64,000 nt of DNA, taken from positions 19,277 to 83,276 of the forward strand of contig MHJY01000005.1 in NCBI GenBank assembly GCA_001818235.1, read 5' to 3'. The position numbers were made by a program, and so were the translations under genes. Below, one piece after another: positions 17,395 through 27,623 of the stretch. Source of the DNA: Candidatus Jacksonbacteria bacterium RIFOXYB2_FULL_44_15 (GTDB lineage Bacteria; Patescibacteriota; Patescibacteriia; UBA9629). Below the pieces are notes generated by a model, which was not told the DNA's origin, searched no databases, and saw only the letters and a list, made by a program, of their open reading frames with translations. Position 1 is the stretch's first letter, and every line of letters starts with the position of its first letter.

Positions 17395-18744
17395 ATGCTA
17401 GACATTACTTTTATTCGCCAACATCCTGATTTGATCGCCAAGAATAATCAGATTCGCCATTGTCAAGTGCCAGTGGGCGATGTTATTAAATTAGATGACA
17501 AGCGGCGCCAGTTGATTCAAGATTTAGATGAGCGCCGCGCTTTGCGCAACCGCGAGTCGCAACATGGCGGCAAGGTCAGCGCGGAAAAAGTCACGGAATT
17601 GCAGGCAGTCAAAGCGGAGATCAAATCGATTGAAGGTGTTCTAAAAGAAGTGGAGCAGAAACTGGACGGATTATTAGTACAGTTGCCTAATTTGACTCAC
17701 GAATCCGTACCGATTGGTGCTGGTGAAAGGGATAACGTGATCCATAAAAAATGGAGCCCCGACGACCCACAGAGCGGGGAAGTAAAGAATCTGCCGTTTA
17801 AAGCCAAATTACACGCCGAGCTCGGCAAAGAATTAGATTTGATTGACGAAGCCAGAGGAGCAAAAATTGCGGGCGCTCGTTTTTGGTATTTAAAGCGCGA
17901 GTTGGTTTATTTGGAATTTGCCATTATTCATTATGCTTTAGATTGTTTGCGGAAAGAGGGTTTTGTGCCGATGTTGCCGCCGATGGTTGTTCGTGAGCGA
18001 GCGATGTACGGCACCGGTTTTTTTCCGGCCGACGAAAACGAAATTTATCGTCTAAGTAATCCAGCCGAGATAAGCGCCAAGGGCAGTGAGGCGCCAGAAG
18101 TTCGTTCCTCTGGTGTGATTCCATCTTGGGATCAAGGCGACCAATACTTGATTGGCACGGCAGAAGTGCCTTTAGCCGCCTATCACAGCGATGAGGTAAT
18201 TGACGTTAAAACACCGTTAAAATATTGCGGATTTTCTTCGTGTTTCCGGCGTGAAGCCGGAGCGTATGGCAAGGATCTAAAAGGAATTTTACGCGGTCAT
18301 CAATTTGACAAAATAGAGATGTTTATTTATGCGCGCGAAGGCGAAGCATGGCAAATGCATGAGTATTTGCAGGCGGTTGCCGAGCGTTTTTGGCAATCGC
18401 TCGAGATTCCTTATCAAGTATTATTGATGTGTTCCGGCGATATTGGCGCGCCTAACGCCAAAAAATATGACACAGAAGGATGGTTGCCAGGAGAGCGCCA
18501 GTATCGCGAACTGGGTTCTTGCTCGAATGATACTGATTTTCAAGCGCGGCGTTTAAATATCAAATATGTGGATGAGGAAACAGGTGAGAAACGTTATGTT
18601 CATACGTTAAACAATACTTATTGCGCTTTAGGGAGAACTATCATTGCCATAATGGAAAATTATCAAACGAAAGAGGGGACTATCAAGATACCTAAAGTGT
18701 TAAAACCATATTTATTTGGGATTGAGGAGATTGGCCCACGTTAG
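17395..18744 (+). CDS. serS: Serine-tRNA ligase
   Basis: MLDI start, LIGTAEVP, CFRREAG, RGHQFDKIE, FQARRL. Confidence 0.97.
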   Translation: MLDITFIRQHPDLIAKNNQIRHCQVPVGDVIKLDDKRRQLIQDLDERRALRNRESQHGGKVSAEKVTELQAVKAEIKSIEGVLKEVEQKLDGLLVQLPNLTHESVPIGAGERDNVIHKKWSPDDPQSGEVKNLPFKAKLHAELGKELDLIDEARGAKIAGARFWYLKRELVYLEFAIIHYALDCLRKEGFVPMLPPMVVRERAMYGTGFFPADENEIYRLSNPAEISAKGSEAPEVRSSGVIPSWDQGDQYLIGTAEVPLAAYHSDEVIDVKTPLKYCGFSSCFRREAGAYGKDLKGILRGHQFDKIEMFIYAREGEAWQMHEYLQAVAERFWQSLEIPYQVLLMCSGDIGAPNAKKYDTEGWLPGERQYRELGSCSNDTDFQARRLNIKYVDEETGEKRYVHTLNNTYCALGRTIIAIMENYQTKEGTIKIPKVLKPYLFGIEEIGPR

Positions 18745-18850
18745 ACATCGTATCTCATCCAAACGCGAAAGTCCTTTGTCCATGGTTCACACAATGGCTT
18801 AAAAATGGCCATTTGTTTGAATTTTAAGTAGACATTTTAATATATTTGAA

Positions 18851-19849
18851 ATGGCGCGACGCGATTATGCATCAAAAAAATCGCATATTTATAAATCGCC
18901 ACGCCGCGTAATTCGACGCGATAAATTAAGAAGGGAAGTTGCAAAAAAACGCTGGCTGGTTTTGCTCAAATTAATTGTGCTAAGCGGATTTTTTATTTGT
19001 ATTTTTTATTGGCTGTTTTTTTCGCCGCTATTCATGGTTAATAATCGAATTGAAGTTAGGAATAGCGTTGCTGGACAGGGAACGCATGAGGGGCTTAACA
19101 ATGCGATTAGGGAGGCTTTGTCAGGACGGGTATGGAAGGTCGTTCCGCGTGGAAATTTTTTTTTCATTCAGCCAAACCAACTAGCCGTCACTTTGTCGGC
19201 GCGCACTGATTTACGGCCGTTAATTTATAATTTAGCGGTCGTTAAAATTTGGCCTAATAAATTGATTATAACCTATAAAAGTCGTGTCGCGGTTTGGCGG
19301 GTAGAGATGCAGGAGCGGCTACTTGGTGGCCTCAGCGAGCCAGCAGATATTAGCCGGCCGACTAAAAGTCAAGCGGAAAAGGCGTTTATATCAACTGGGC
19401 AAAGTTTTCTAATCGATGCTGAAGGGGTAATGGTTTTAGACGGTAGTTTATCAACAAATGATCAGAAACGCTCAATTAAAATAGTGCCGATTCATTTGGT
19501 TGGGGCTAATATTGACACTAAAGTAAAATGGCAACCTGGCATGACGGTACTGGATAGGGAGTTGGTGAGTAATTTGGCTAAGTTGTTAAATTTTTGGACC
19601 GTTGCCGATAAGCAGGGATTACTGGGCAGAATAGATTATTTCGAAGTTGACTCAAAAATCAAAGACACAGTGGTGGTCGTTGGCCAAGGGAGGCGGGTCT
19701 ATTTTAACCTTGGCAATTCTTTACAAAGGCAGATTAATAATTTATCATTGACTTTAGAGCGAATCGGGACGCGAAAAAATTTGTTACAATACATAGATTT
19801 GCGTATTGATAGTCGTTCTTACGCGTGCTGTAATTTAGGCGTTTTTTAA
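18851..19849 (+). CDS. FtsQ/DivIB-like cell division protein
   Basis: Basic N-tail, single TM, FFSP then a POTRA-like region (KIWPNKL), C-terminal YIDLR. Confidence 0.65.
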   Translation: MARRDYASKKSHIYKSPRRVIRRDKLRREVAKKRWLVLLKLIVLSGFFICIFYWLFFSPLFMVNNRIEVRNSVAGQGTHEGLNNAIREALSGRVWKVVPRGNFFFIQPNQLAVTLSARTDLRPLIYNLAVVKIWPNKLIITYKSRVAVWRVEMQERLLGGLSEPADISRPTKSQAEKAFISTGQSFLIDAEGVMVLDGSLSTNDQKRSIKIVPIHLVGANIDTKVKWQPGMTVLDRELVSNLAKLLNFWTVADKQGLLGRIDYFEVDSKIKDTVVVVGQGRRVYFNLGNSLQRQINNLSLTLERIGTRKNLLQYIDLRIDSRSYACCNLGVF

Positions 19850-19948
19850 ATGTTTTGAAATCATACGTTAATCCTTACTTTTGAGTTTTTATAATTTCAC
19901 ACAATATTTGCGAAGTTATAAAGCACTCAAAGGGCAGGTATTTAGTTT

Positions 19949-20209
19949 ATGCTTAATAAATTAATTATCACGATCGTCTTATTGATTCTCGGTTTTACTA
20001 CAATTATATTAGTGGGAATGGGGGAGGAGTTTGCCGAAAAGTATTTACCGCTGGCGGTTGTAGGAATAGTTATTATCTACCTCTTCTCCAGCTGGTATTT
20101 AGGATACTTTATTGCTACCCAAAAACCGCCGTTGACACTTATCTATTTAGGTTTGGCCGGTATCATTATTAGTTTTTTCAGCGGTTTTTTTATGGGCAGT
20201 AAAAAATAA
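19949..20209 (+). CDS. Small hypothetical membrane protein
   Basis: 86 aa with three hydrophobic segments. Confidence 0.6.
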   Translation: MLNKLIITIVLLILGFTTIILVGMGEEFAEKYLPLAVVGIVIIYLFSSWYLGYFIATQKPPLTLIYLGLAGIIISFFSGFFMGSKK

Positions 20210-20249
20210 TTTTGTCAAGGGTTTAGGTTTAGGGAGGGGGCGTGTCTTA

Positions 20250-20277
20250 ACGTCGCTTTACATAGATAAATCGACGT
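20250..20277. other. Candidate dif-like recombination site (11-6-11)
   Basis: ACGTCGCTTTA-CATAGA-TAAATCGACGT; arms inverted at 10 of 11 positions; 37 bp upstream of the Xer gene. Confidence 0.5.
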
Positions 20278-20314
20278 ATGAATAAAAAAGAGTTTAATTT
20301 CAGCGCTTTTTTTA

Positions 20315-21298
20315 ATGCGTACTTTATCAAACAATCTTCAGCAAACGGTTAGGGAATCCATTACTAATTTTTTAGAATATTGTGAAATCGAAAAAGGCCT
20401 CTCGCCTAACACTGTTAAGAACTACCACCTCTATTTAAAAAATTTTACCGCCTGGCTGGCTGGCGTAAATTTAGCCAAATTAAAACCGCTGGATTTAACT
20501 AAACAACATATTTGGGATTATCGGCTTTATTTATCGCGTAAAAATAGCCATAAAACCAGCGTTAATTTAAACAAAGATACGCAATATCGTTATTTATCGG
20601 CATTACGGTCTTTATTTAAATATTTTGCTCATCAAGGCGTTCCTTGTTCACTGGCTTCTGATGATGTTGATTTACCTAAAACCTCTAAAGATGGCGCGAC
20701 GATTAAGTTTTTAGCGGTCGATCAGTTACAAAAATTTTTAGCTATGCCGGCTCCGGTTAACTTGCCAGGTTTGCGAGATAAGGCTATTATCGAAGTTTTG
20801 TTTTCTACTGGAATGCGCGTCGGCGAATTAGTCGGCCTAAACCGTAAACAGTTTAATTTAGATTATTTAAAGAAACAAGGAATAAAACATTTAGAGCTTT
20901 CTGTCAAGGGCAAGGGCGGTCGGGTACGAAATATATATTTTTCCCAGCGGGCGCTTAACTGGCTCACAAAGTATTTAACGGCCCGCAATGATAACAGCGC
21001 GGCTTTATTTATAAGTTTAAGCCGTAATCAAGGCGATAAGCTGGCGCAGCGGCGTTTGTCTATTAGGTCGGTTGAAAGGTTAATCGAAAAATACCGGCTA
21101 ATGTCCGGTATTCCGATAGAAATTACGCCGCATGTGTTGCGGCATAGCTACGCGACTTTTTTACTCGGTAAGGGCGCTGATTTACGCACAGTGCAAGAAC
21201 TTTTGGGCCATGTTGATGTTTCTACAACTCAAGTCTACACGCACGTTACCAATCCCCAACTTCGCGAGGTGCATCGGAAGCTGATGAATCCTGAATAA
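20315..21298 (+). CDS. XerC/XerD-family tyrosine recombinase
   Basis: [35 protein letters not shown] catalytic set. Confidence 0.92.
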   Translation: MRTLSNNLQQTVRESITNFLEYCEIEKGLSPNTVKNYHLYLKNFTAWLAGVNLAKLKPLDLTKQHIWDYRLYLSRKNSHKTSVNLNKDTQYRYLSALRSLFKYFAHQGVPCSLASDDVDLPKTSKDGATIKFLAVDQLQKFLAMPAPVNLPGLRDKAIIEVLFSTGMRVGELVGLNRKQFNLDYLKKQGIKHLELSVKGKGGRVRNIYFSQRALNWLTKYLTARNDNSAALFISLSRNQGDKLAQRRLSIRSVERLIEKYRLMSGIPIEITPHVLRHSYATFLLGKGADLRTVQELLGHVDVSTTQVYTHVTNPQLREVHRKLMNPE

Positions 21299-21329
21299 AT
21301 CGCGGCGGTATGTGGCGCGACTGCAAAAT

Positions 21330-21358
21330 AAAAATGACCGCTGAAGACGGTCATTTTT
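21330..21358. terminator. Bidirectional intrinsic terminator
   Basis: aaaaatgaccg-ctgaaga-cggtcattttt between convergent genes. Confidence 0.75.
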
Positions 21359-21372
21359 GGGTCAAATTAACT

Positions 21373-22233
21373 TTAATTATTATGGCATTTATCCAAAAGA
21401 GGTTGTAAGTATGCTGGTTCTAAATTAATGGCGGCTCGGCGGTATGCAATCGGTGTGATCCAGTCTTTTTCGTCGTCTACGATAAATAAATGCGACCAAT
21501 GATTTTTCAAGGCAATTTCATTTGCTTTTTTTTCCGCATCAGAAAATGCCGTTGGCCGACCGAGAAACGCACGATTATCAATGTTGATGGTGACGCCTGG
21601 TACGGTTGTTTGAATGTCATTTATCCTGTCATTTTCAAAATTTGTTTGCGCATTCACGCCTAATTCTTGATACATAATTTTCTCGGCTTCTGGTGAGAAG
21701 GGCTCGGCCGCGGAAATTTTCCACGGACTTTCTTTTTTGTAATTATCCGCTGTTCCTCCGCACGCGGGCCACCAGCCAGTGGCGGGATCCTGAAGATTTT
21801 TTTTATCGGAGTTTAAAAAGATTGGTATTTCTGTGCGGAGTTTGGGGTGCGGGACCCATCTTTTTGCATCAAAACTCGACCCGGCCGGATTTACATAATT
21901 CAACATATCAGGAATTTTCGGAACGCGTAGTTCTTGATCTTGGATAATTTCATTTAACTGATCGTAAATTTTTTTAAAATATTTGGTATACTCTTCACCT
22001 AAATGAGTTTGTAGGCGTTCTATAATTGCAATATCTTTATCTAATCCAGCTTCTCGCAGTTTCGTTTTAATTGAATACAGTTTTTCTAATAGCAGTTCTT
22101 GAGGCGATGATTCTTTTTTTTCCGGTGTTGCAGTTTCTACCGGAATTTCCTCCTGCGGAATTTTTCCCTGCTCTGTTGGTGATTTAGAATGCCTTTTAAA
22201 ATTTTCGTCGACTGGATTTTGGTTTTCTCGCAT
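21373..22233 (-). CDS. Hypothetical protein
   Basis: 286-aa ORF with a charged, probably disordered N-terminus; no recognised motif. Confidence 0.7.
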   Translation of the reverse strand: MRENQNPVDENFKRHSKSPTEQGKIPQEEIPVETATPEKKESSPQELLLEKLYSIKTKLREAGLDKDIAIIERLQTHLGEEYTKYFKKIYDQLNEIIQDQELRVPKIPDMLNYVNPAGSSFDAKRWVPHPKLRTEIPIFLNSDKKNLQDPATGWWPACGGTADNYKKESPWKISAAEPFSPEAEKIMYQELGVNAQTNFENDRINDIQTTVPGVTINIDNRAFLGRPTAFSDAEKKANEIALKNHWSHLFIVDDEKDWITPIAYRRAAINLEPAYLQPLLDKCHNN

Positions 22234-22339
22234 AAAAAATGATCACACATACAAGCCAGTGGAGTTTACTAAAAGTTTAGCTCGTAGAGTGATTGATTTA
22301 GATAATTGTAAAAAGTCGCGGTTACGCATAAGATATAAT

Positions 22340-24226
22340 TCAATTATCGAGCTTGATATGTGCCTCTTTGAGTTGCTTTTCCTCGACTTCCGACGGCGCG
22401 TTCATCATTAAATCTTCGGCTTTTTGCGATTTTGGAAAAGCCATCATTTCACGGATGTTTGGCTCGCCGGCGAGAATCATGGCAATCCGATCAATGCCAG
22501 GAGCAATACCGCCGTGCGGCGGGGCGCCGTATTGAAAAGCAGTCAACATGTGGACGAATTCTTGCTTTTTATTTTCGTCAAAACCGATTAAGCTAAAGAT
22601 TTTTTCTTGCAAACGCGGATCATGAATTCTAATTGAGCCGCCGCCAACCTCTAAACCATTAATGACCAAGTCATATTGCCAGGATTTAACTTTGCCTGGG
22701 TCTGAGTCCAGTAGCGGCAAATCAGCCGGATTGGGCGCGGTAAACATATGGTGTGATGGCGCAAAGTGGCCATTTTCCGGTTCGCGTTCAAATAGTGGAA
22801 AATCAATGATCCAACAAATTGCCAGCTCATTAGGGTCAATTAACTTTAATTTTTTGCCTAATTCAAGCCGCAAAGCTCCAAGCGCGGCTTCCACAATTTT
22901 CCGTTCCCCGGCGCCAAAAAAGATTACATCTCCGGCGCTGGCCTCGGTAGTCGTCAAAATTGCCTTAAGTTCATCATCACTTAAGAATTTAATGATCGGT
23001 GAATTTAACAGTAATTTTGTTTGCGCAAGCAAAATAAGTTTTTTGCTGGCCGCATCGCTTGTCACGTCACCATTTTCGGCTGATTCTACTCGGATATAAG
23101 CTAAACCTTTGGCGCCATGTTCTTTGACTAAAACCGTTAATTTGTCAATTTCACCCCGTGATAATACTTTATCAGAGGCTTTGGCGTTAATTGTTCTAAT
23201 TACACCGTTTTTTTCTTTCATCGCTTGACTAAACACTTGAAAATTTGAGTTTTGTAGTTTGGCCGATAATTCTTTAATTTCCAATCCAAAACGAATATCA
23301 GGCCGATCAACGCCATACTTGACCATTGCTTCTTCAAATGGTATTTTAATCCATGATTTTTCAAGTTCAATTTTTTTGTTCAACAAACCATCACTAATTA
23401 AGCGCTTAAATACTGACTTGAACAAATTTTCTGTAAGGCTGATAATATCATCTCTTTCCACGAAAGACATTTCCATGTCCAGTTGAGTAAATTCTGATTG
23501 GCGATCCCCTCTTTGATCCTCATCGCGAAAACAACGGGCGACTTGATAGTAGCGATCAACGCCAGCAAGCATCAGTAATTGCTTATATTGTTGAGGCGAT
23601 TGGGGTAGCGCAAAAAATTTACCTGGATGTAGACGAGAAGGTACAATATAGTCGCGCGCTCCTTCGGGCGTGCTTTTTGTCAAAATTGGCGTTTCAATCT
23701 CTAAAAAATTTTCTTTATTTAGATATTCCCGAATATAATTAATCAGCTTGTGCCGTAAGGTGAGATTAGTAATCATGCGTTCGGTGCGCAGGTCCAAATA
23801 GCGGTATTTAAGTCGCAGTTCCTCGGTTACTGGGCTTCCACCAGAAGGCTCTCCAGTCGTAGCTGTTTTTTTAGGGCGCCATTCAACGATAAAAGGCGGA
23901 GTCTCGGAGTGGCTCAATATTTCTATCTTCTCTGCAATAATTTCGATTGAGCCGGTTTTCAAATTTGGGTTTACCATTTCCGGCGGGCGCGCTGTTACGG
24001 TTCCTTTAATTTTAACGACAAATTCCGGCCGGACGGTTTCGGCTATTTTCCAAGCAGGGTTTGCTTTTTCTGGATTAAAAGTGCACTGCGTCAGTCCGAA
24101 ACGATCACGTAAGTCAATAAAAATTAAGCCACCGTGATCACGGGTGGAATTGACCCAACCAGCTAGCTCGACTACTTGATCGATATGTTTGGTGGTTAAT
24201 TCGCCGCAGGTATGTGATCTAAACAT
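22340..24226 (-). CDS. aspS: Aspartate-tRNA ligase
   Basis: RDHGGLIFIDLRD, STPEGARDY, LPQSPQ, HHMFT, GAPPHGG. Confidence 0.97.
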   Translation of the reverse strand: MFRSHTCGELTTKHIDQVVELAGWVNSTRDHGGLIFIDLRDRFGLTQCTFNPEKANPAWKIAETVRPEFVVKIKGTVTARPPEMVNPNLKTGSIEIIAEKIEILSHSETPPFIVEWRPKKTATTGEPSGGSPVTEELRLKYRYLDLRTERMITNLTLRHKLINYIREYLNKENFLEIETPILTKSTPEGARDYIVPSRLHPGKFFALPQSPQQYKQLLMLAGVDRYYQVARCFRDEDQRGDRQSEFTQLDMEMSFVERDDIISLTENLFKSVFKRLISDGLLNKKIELEKSWIKIPFEEAMVKYGVDRPDIRFGLEIKELSAKLQNSNFQVFSQAMKEKNGVIRTINAKASDKVLSRGEIDKLTVLVKEHGAKGLAYIRVESAENGDVTSDAASKKLILLAQTKLLLNSPIIKFLSDDELKAILTTTEASAGDVIFFGAGERKIVEAALGALRLELGKKLKLIDPNELAICWIIDFPLFEREPENGHFAPSHHMFTAPNPADLPLLDSDPGKVKSWQYDLVINGLEVGGGSIRIHDPRLQEKIFSLIGFDENKKQEFVHMLTAFQYGAPPHGGIAPGIDRIAMILAGEPNIREMMAFPKSQKAEDLMMNAPSEVEEKQLKEAHIKLDN

Positions 24227-24301
24227 GATAGAAGTGAAAAGTTAGATATGACATTAATAGTCTAGCAAAAAATGCTTATTTTAGCAACAAAACCCCATTT
24301 G

Positions 24302-27300
24302 CTAAATAGCGCTATCAGGGCAAATATTTTTAAAATCGCAAAATTGACAGACGTGCCGATTCGGGGTGGCCTTAAAATCGCGCTGTTTGATTTTTTGCGC
24401 GGCGACGATTAATTTATTTTTAACTTTTTCCATTTCATTCTCGGTACCGATAAAAGAGACACTCCCCTGTTGTAGGTGGTTCAGGTGATAAAAAGTCAAT
24501 TTTTTTGGTGGCGGATTATGATGAGCTAAGGCAATTTGATAAAGCAAGAGTTGTATTTTATCAGCCAGAACCGGTTTGGGATTTAATTTTCCGGTTTTAT
24601 AATCGATAATTTCAATCCCAGAAGCGTCAGGCAGTAAATCGATCCGATCGATCCGGCCCTTGAAGGCAAACTGGTCTAATTTAACGCGAAAATCTTCTTC
24701 CAGATAACGCGGTCGCGGCCAGTTAGCATGGTGCTGATTATAAAATTCTCGCAGAATTTTTTTTCCGGCCGCTAAGTAATCTTGTTTTTGCTGCGCTGTT
24801 TCAAACCAATCATCCTGCCAATTTTTAGCGTATATATTCATAATTTCCGCCAGCGTGATCAACTCCTGATCTTTCGGCGCGACTCCAGTTGCCCCAAATA
24901 AAGAGCTTTGGCTGGCATGGCAACGCATGTTAGTTAGTCGAAATATGGCTAACATCGTCTGGTGCATGGTGCGGCCAAAAGATAGCGTGGCTTTGCCTTT
25001 GTCCTGCGGAATTTTCAGAATGAATTGGTATTTATACTGTAAAGGGCATTTTTCATAAGCCGCGATCTGCGAATAGCTGAATTCCTTAGGTAAAGGGTAA
25101 ATAAATGGCTGGACAGTCGTGTCAGTCTCCAAAGCGGGTCGCAGAAATCCGGCTAAACCGTCATCCTGCCTTAGTTGATCGCCGGACTTTAAAATTTGCG
25201 TTTCAAACAAGAATAGAGATGGCTTAGTTTGACGACGGCCGCCATAATCGAGCGCGCAGGTTAAAAACAGACCGCGTTTGGCCCGGGTCAGCCCGACATA
25301 AAACAAACGGCGCTCTTCTTCAAGGTGTTCATCGCCTTCCGGCAAAATCTCCTTTTCTTTTATTAAGTCAGTCGGCAATTCAATCGCGTCTCCGCGGTTA
25401 ATTGTCGGAAAACGGAGATGGGCTAATCCCGGAATAAAAACATATTTGAATTCCAGTCCTTTAGCGCTGTGGATAGTCATAATTTTAAGCGCTTCCGGAC
25501 CAATATCCTCGACATTATAATTTAAGGCGCCAGTATCGCCAGCTTCCCGCACTAAATTGATGTGCTCAATAAAACCTTTGAGCGAGCGGTCATCATATAT
25601 TTGGCTGTATTCAACGCATTTTTTTAAAAATTGTTTTATAAGCTGGCACTGGGCGCGAGCCTTGGCCGGGGCGGTTTGTTCTAGCGCTAGGATGTGCTCG
25701 CGGTAGCGCGTATCGTGCAGAATTTTAACTAACATTTCAGTCGCGGCTAAGTTTTGACAGACTTTAGCATTGGCGACTAATTGGCTCATGATTTGTTCAA
25801 TCTTTGTTACCGCGTCAACCGTCATCTCTGGTATGGCGCGAACGTTATCCAGAGACTCTTGAAAAGTCCATTTTTTACGGTTGTGCCAGTAATTCAATTT
25901 GAGCAGATCAGCTTCCGGCAAATCAAAACCCGGAATAGCTAAAACTCGGGCCAAAGAAATTGAATCGGCCGGATCTAAGAGCGCGCGGCAATAGGCAAGC
26001 AGATCATTAATCACCGGCTGCAAAAACAAGCCCTGGCTAGCGACAAATAAATATGACATTTTGGCCTGTTCCAGCGCGTTTTTAAACAGGTCAGCTTGGC
26101 GGTTAGCGCGAAGTAAGATGGCGAAATCATTTAAGTTAGTTTCCCTGTCCGACAACAAGCAAGACTGAATTTTGGCGATGATAAAGCTAACTTCGGCCAG
26201 TTCATCGCGACAGAGTTTGAATTCGATTTGGCCTGCCAAGCTGGCGGGCAGGCCGGCGTCGGGAGTGGCGGCGAATAGTTTTTTATCTATTTTTTCAGTT
26301 TTTAAGCCAACCGCCTGACTATAATATTTATCCGGATGATTCAGCTGAAATTCCAGACGATCCGGATTATTATGCTGGATAAAATTATACGCCAGATCAA
26401 GGATATTCTGGCTGGAGCGGTAATTCGCAGTCAGCACGATTTTTTTGGCCGCCGGAAAATCGCGCTTGAAGTTTAAAATATTGCTGACCGAAGCGCCGCG
26501 GAATTTAAAAATCGATTGATCATCGTCGCCAACCACAGTCAGATTGCTCTGGGGATTAGTAAGACATTTAATTAATTGATACTGCGCCAAATTAGTATCC
26601 TGAAATTCATCAATCAAAATATATTTGAACTGTTGCTGATAATTGGCCAAAATATTTGGTCGGTCAGCGAACAGTTTGTTGGTGTAATAAATCAGATCGC
26701 CAAAATCCAATAAATTATTATCAACGAGCAATTGTTGATACTGAAAATAAGCGCTGGCTGTTTCCATAATTTGTTTAGCTCCGAGCGTTGCCGGAGTGTC
26801 GCCAGCCATCGTATTATCCTGATTAGCAGTTAGATTTTCCGCGTAGCGTAAATATTCAGCCGGAGTAATACCTTCGTCTTTGAGGCGCGAGAATAATTTG
26901 ATTAAAGCGTGAATAAATTTAGTCGGATTACCCAGCGGCCGGTAATAATCAAGATTAAATTTATGAAGATTTTTTCGAATGAGTAGCCAGCTGTCAGTGG
27001 TGGCGAGTAAACGGAAGTCCGGCGTCAGGCCGATATCCAAGGCGTGGAGCTCCAGAATCCGCTGGCCAAAGCTGTGAAAAGTGGAAATCCACAGGTCAAA
27101 TAAGCCATAAGGCACAAGTTTATCCACTCGCTCCTCCATCTCAGTCGCGGCTTTGTCGGTAAACGTCAACGCCAAAATTTCAGTCGGTTTAGCCAAACTC
27201 TGTTCAATCAGCCAGGCGATTTTATGCGTAATGACCGTGGTTTTACCAGTGCCAGCGCCGGCGATGATTAACAATGGGCCATTAGTATAAGTAACAGCTT

Positions 27301-27346
27301 TATGTTGTTCTTGGTTGAGTGATTGGAGAAGAGATGTACTTGACAT
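24302..27346 (-). CDS. UvrD/PcrA-like helicase with C-terminal RecB-type PD-(D/E)XK nuclease and Fe-S cysteines
   Basis: AGAGTGKT, DEFQD, TIHSAKGLEF, EERRLFYVGLTRA; then CPLQY, GRIDRID..IIDYKTG, CQFCDFKNIC. Confidence 0.92.
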   Translation of the reverse strand: MSSTSLLQSLNQEQHKAVTYTNGPLLIIAGAGTGKTTVITHKIAWLIEQSLAKPTEILALTFTDKAATEMEERVDKLVPYGLFDLWISTFHSFGQRILELHALDIGLTPDFRLLATTDSWLLIRKNLHKFNLDYYRPLGNPTKFIHALIKLFSRLKDEGITPAEYLRYAENLTANQDNTMAGDTPATLGAKQIMETASAYFQYQQLLVDNNLLDFGDLIYYTNKLFADRPNILANYQQQFKYILIDEFQDTNLAQYQLIKCLTNPQSNLTVVGDDDQSIFKFRGASVSNILNFKRDFPAAKKIVLTANYRSSQNILDLAYNFIQHNNPDRLEFQLNHPDKYYSQAVGLKTEKIDKKLFAATPDAGLPASLAGQIEFKLCRDELAEVSFIIAKIQSCLLSDRETNLNDFAILLRANRQADLFKNALEQAKMSYLFVASQGLFLQPVINDLLAYCRALLDPADSISLARVLAIPGFDLPEADLLKLNYWHNRKKWTFQESLDNVRAIPEMTVDAVTKIEQIMSQLVANAKVCQNLAATEMLVKILHDTRYREHILALEQTAPAKARAQCQLIKQFLKKCVEYSQIYDDRSLKGFIEHINLVREAGDTGALNYNVEDIGPEALKIMTIHSAKGLEFKYVFIPGLAHLRFPTINRGDAIELPTDLIKEKEILPEGDEHLEEERRLFYVGLTRAKRGLFLTCALDYGGRRQTKPSLFLFETQILKSGDQLRQDDGLAGFLRPALETDTTVQPFIYPLPKEFSYSQIAAYEKCPLQYKYQFILKIPQDKGKATLSFGRTMHQTMLAIFRLTNMRCHASQSSLFGATGVAPKDQELITLAEIMNIYAKNWQDDWFETAQQKQDYLAAGKKILREFYNQHHANWPRPRYLEEDFRVKLDQFAFKGRIDRIDLLPDASGIEIIDYKTGKLNPKPVLADKIQLLLYQIALAHHNPPPKKLTFYHLNHLQQGSVSFIGTENEMEKVKNKLIVAAQKIKQRDFKATPNRHVCQFCDFKNICPDSAI
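26232..26252. repeat. 21-bp CCTGCC...GGCAGG palindromic element in frame in the helicase gene
   Basis: cctgccaagctggcgggcagg; reads LPASLAG. Confidence 0.7.
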
Positions 27347-27442
27347 GGATTATTTTGTCAATCCTTGACATATTATTATTATGGTAAAATTTGACGGTCA
27401 AAAATAGTTACTGCCAATCGTGCCTGTTTTTTGCTAACTCTA

Positions 27443-27558
27443 GCTCAAAATGAGCCAATTGTTGTTCTGACGAAAGTGTCGGGCCATTAGTTGGGATTGT
27501 TGCGATATGATTCTCTAATCTCTTAGCCTATTTATGCGTGGGTTGAGAGATTGGAGAA
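27443..27558 (+). ncRNA. Candidate structured RNA or 5' leader
   Basis: 20-bp stem 27511-27558 with four G-U pairs and no mismatch on the + strand; second G-U-rich stem 27455-27494. Confidence 0.35.
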
Positions 27559-27623
27559 GCTATCCTACCAGCTTTTTCGATGCACTAAAAATTTATGGTG
27601 GGGACTATAAGGAGGGCATTATA

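Noticed and set aside
20315-21298. Integron integrase or prophage integrase
   Set aside because: Lacks the IntI-specific insertion before box II; no attC cassettes or phage genes nearby; motifs fit Xer
24302-25150. Cas4 gene or novel defence nuclease
   Set aside because: It is the C-terminal Fe-S RecB-type nuclease of an AdnB/AddA-like repair helicase, a known architecture, with no CRISPR context
27467-27490. Hammerhead ribozyme core (CTGACGA...GAAA)
   Set aside because: GAAA overlaps the CTGACGA motif, leaving no stem II between them
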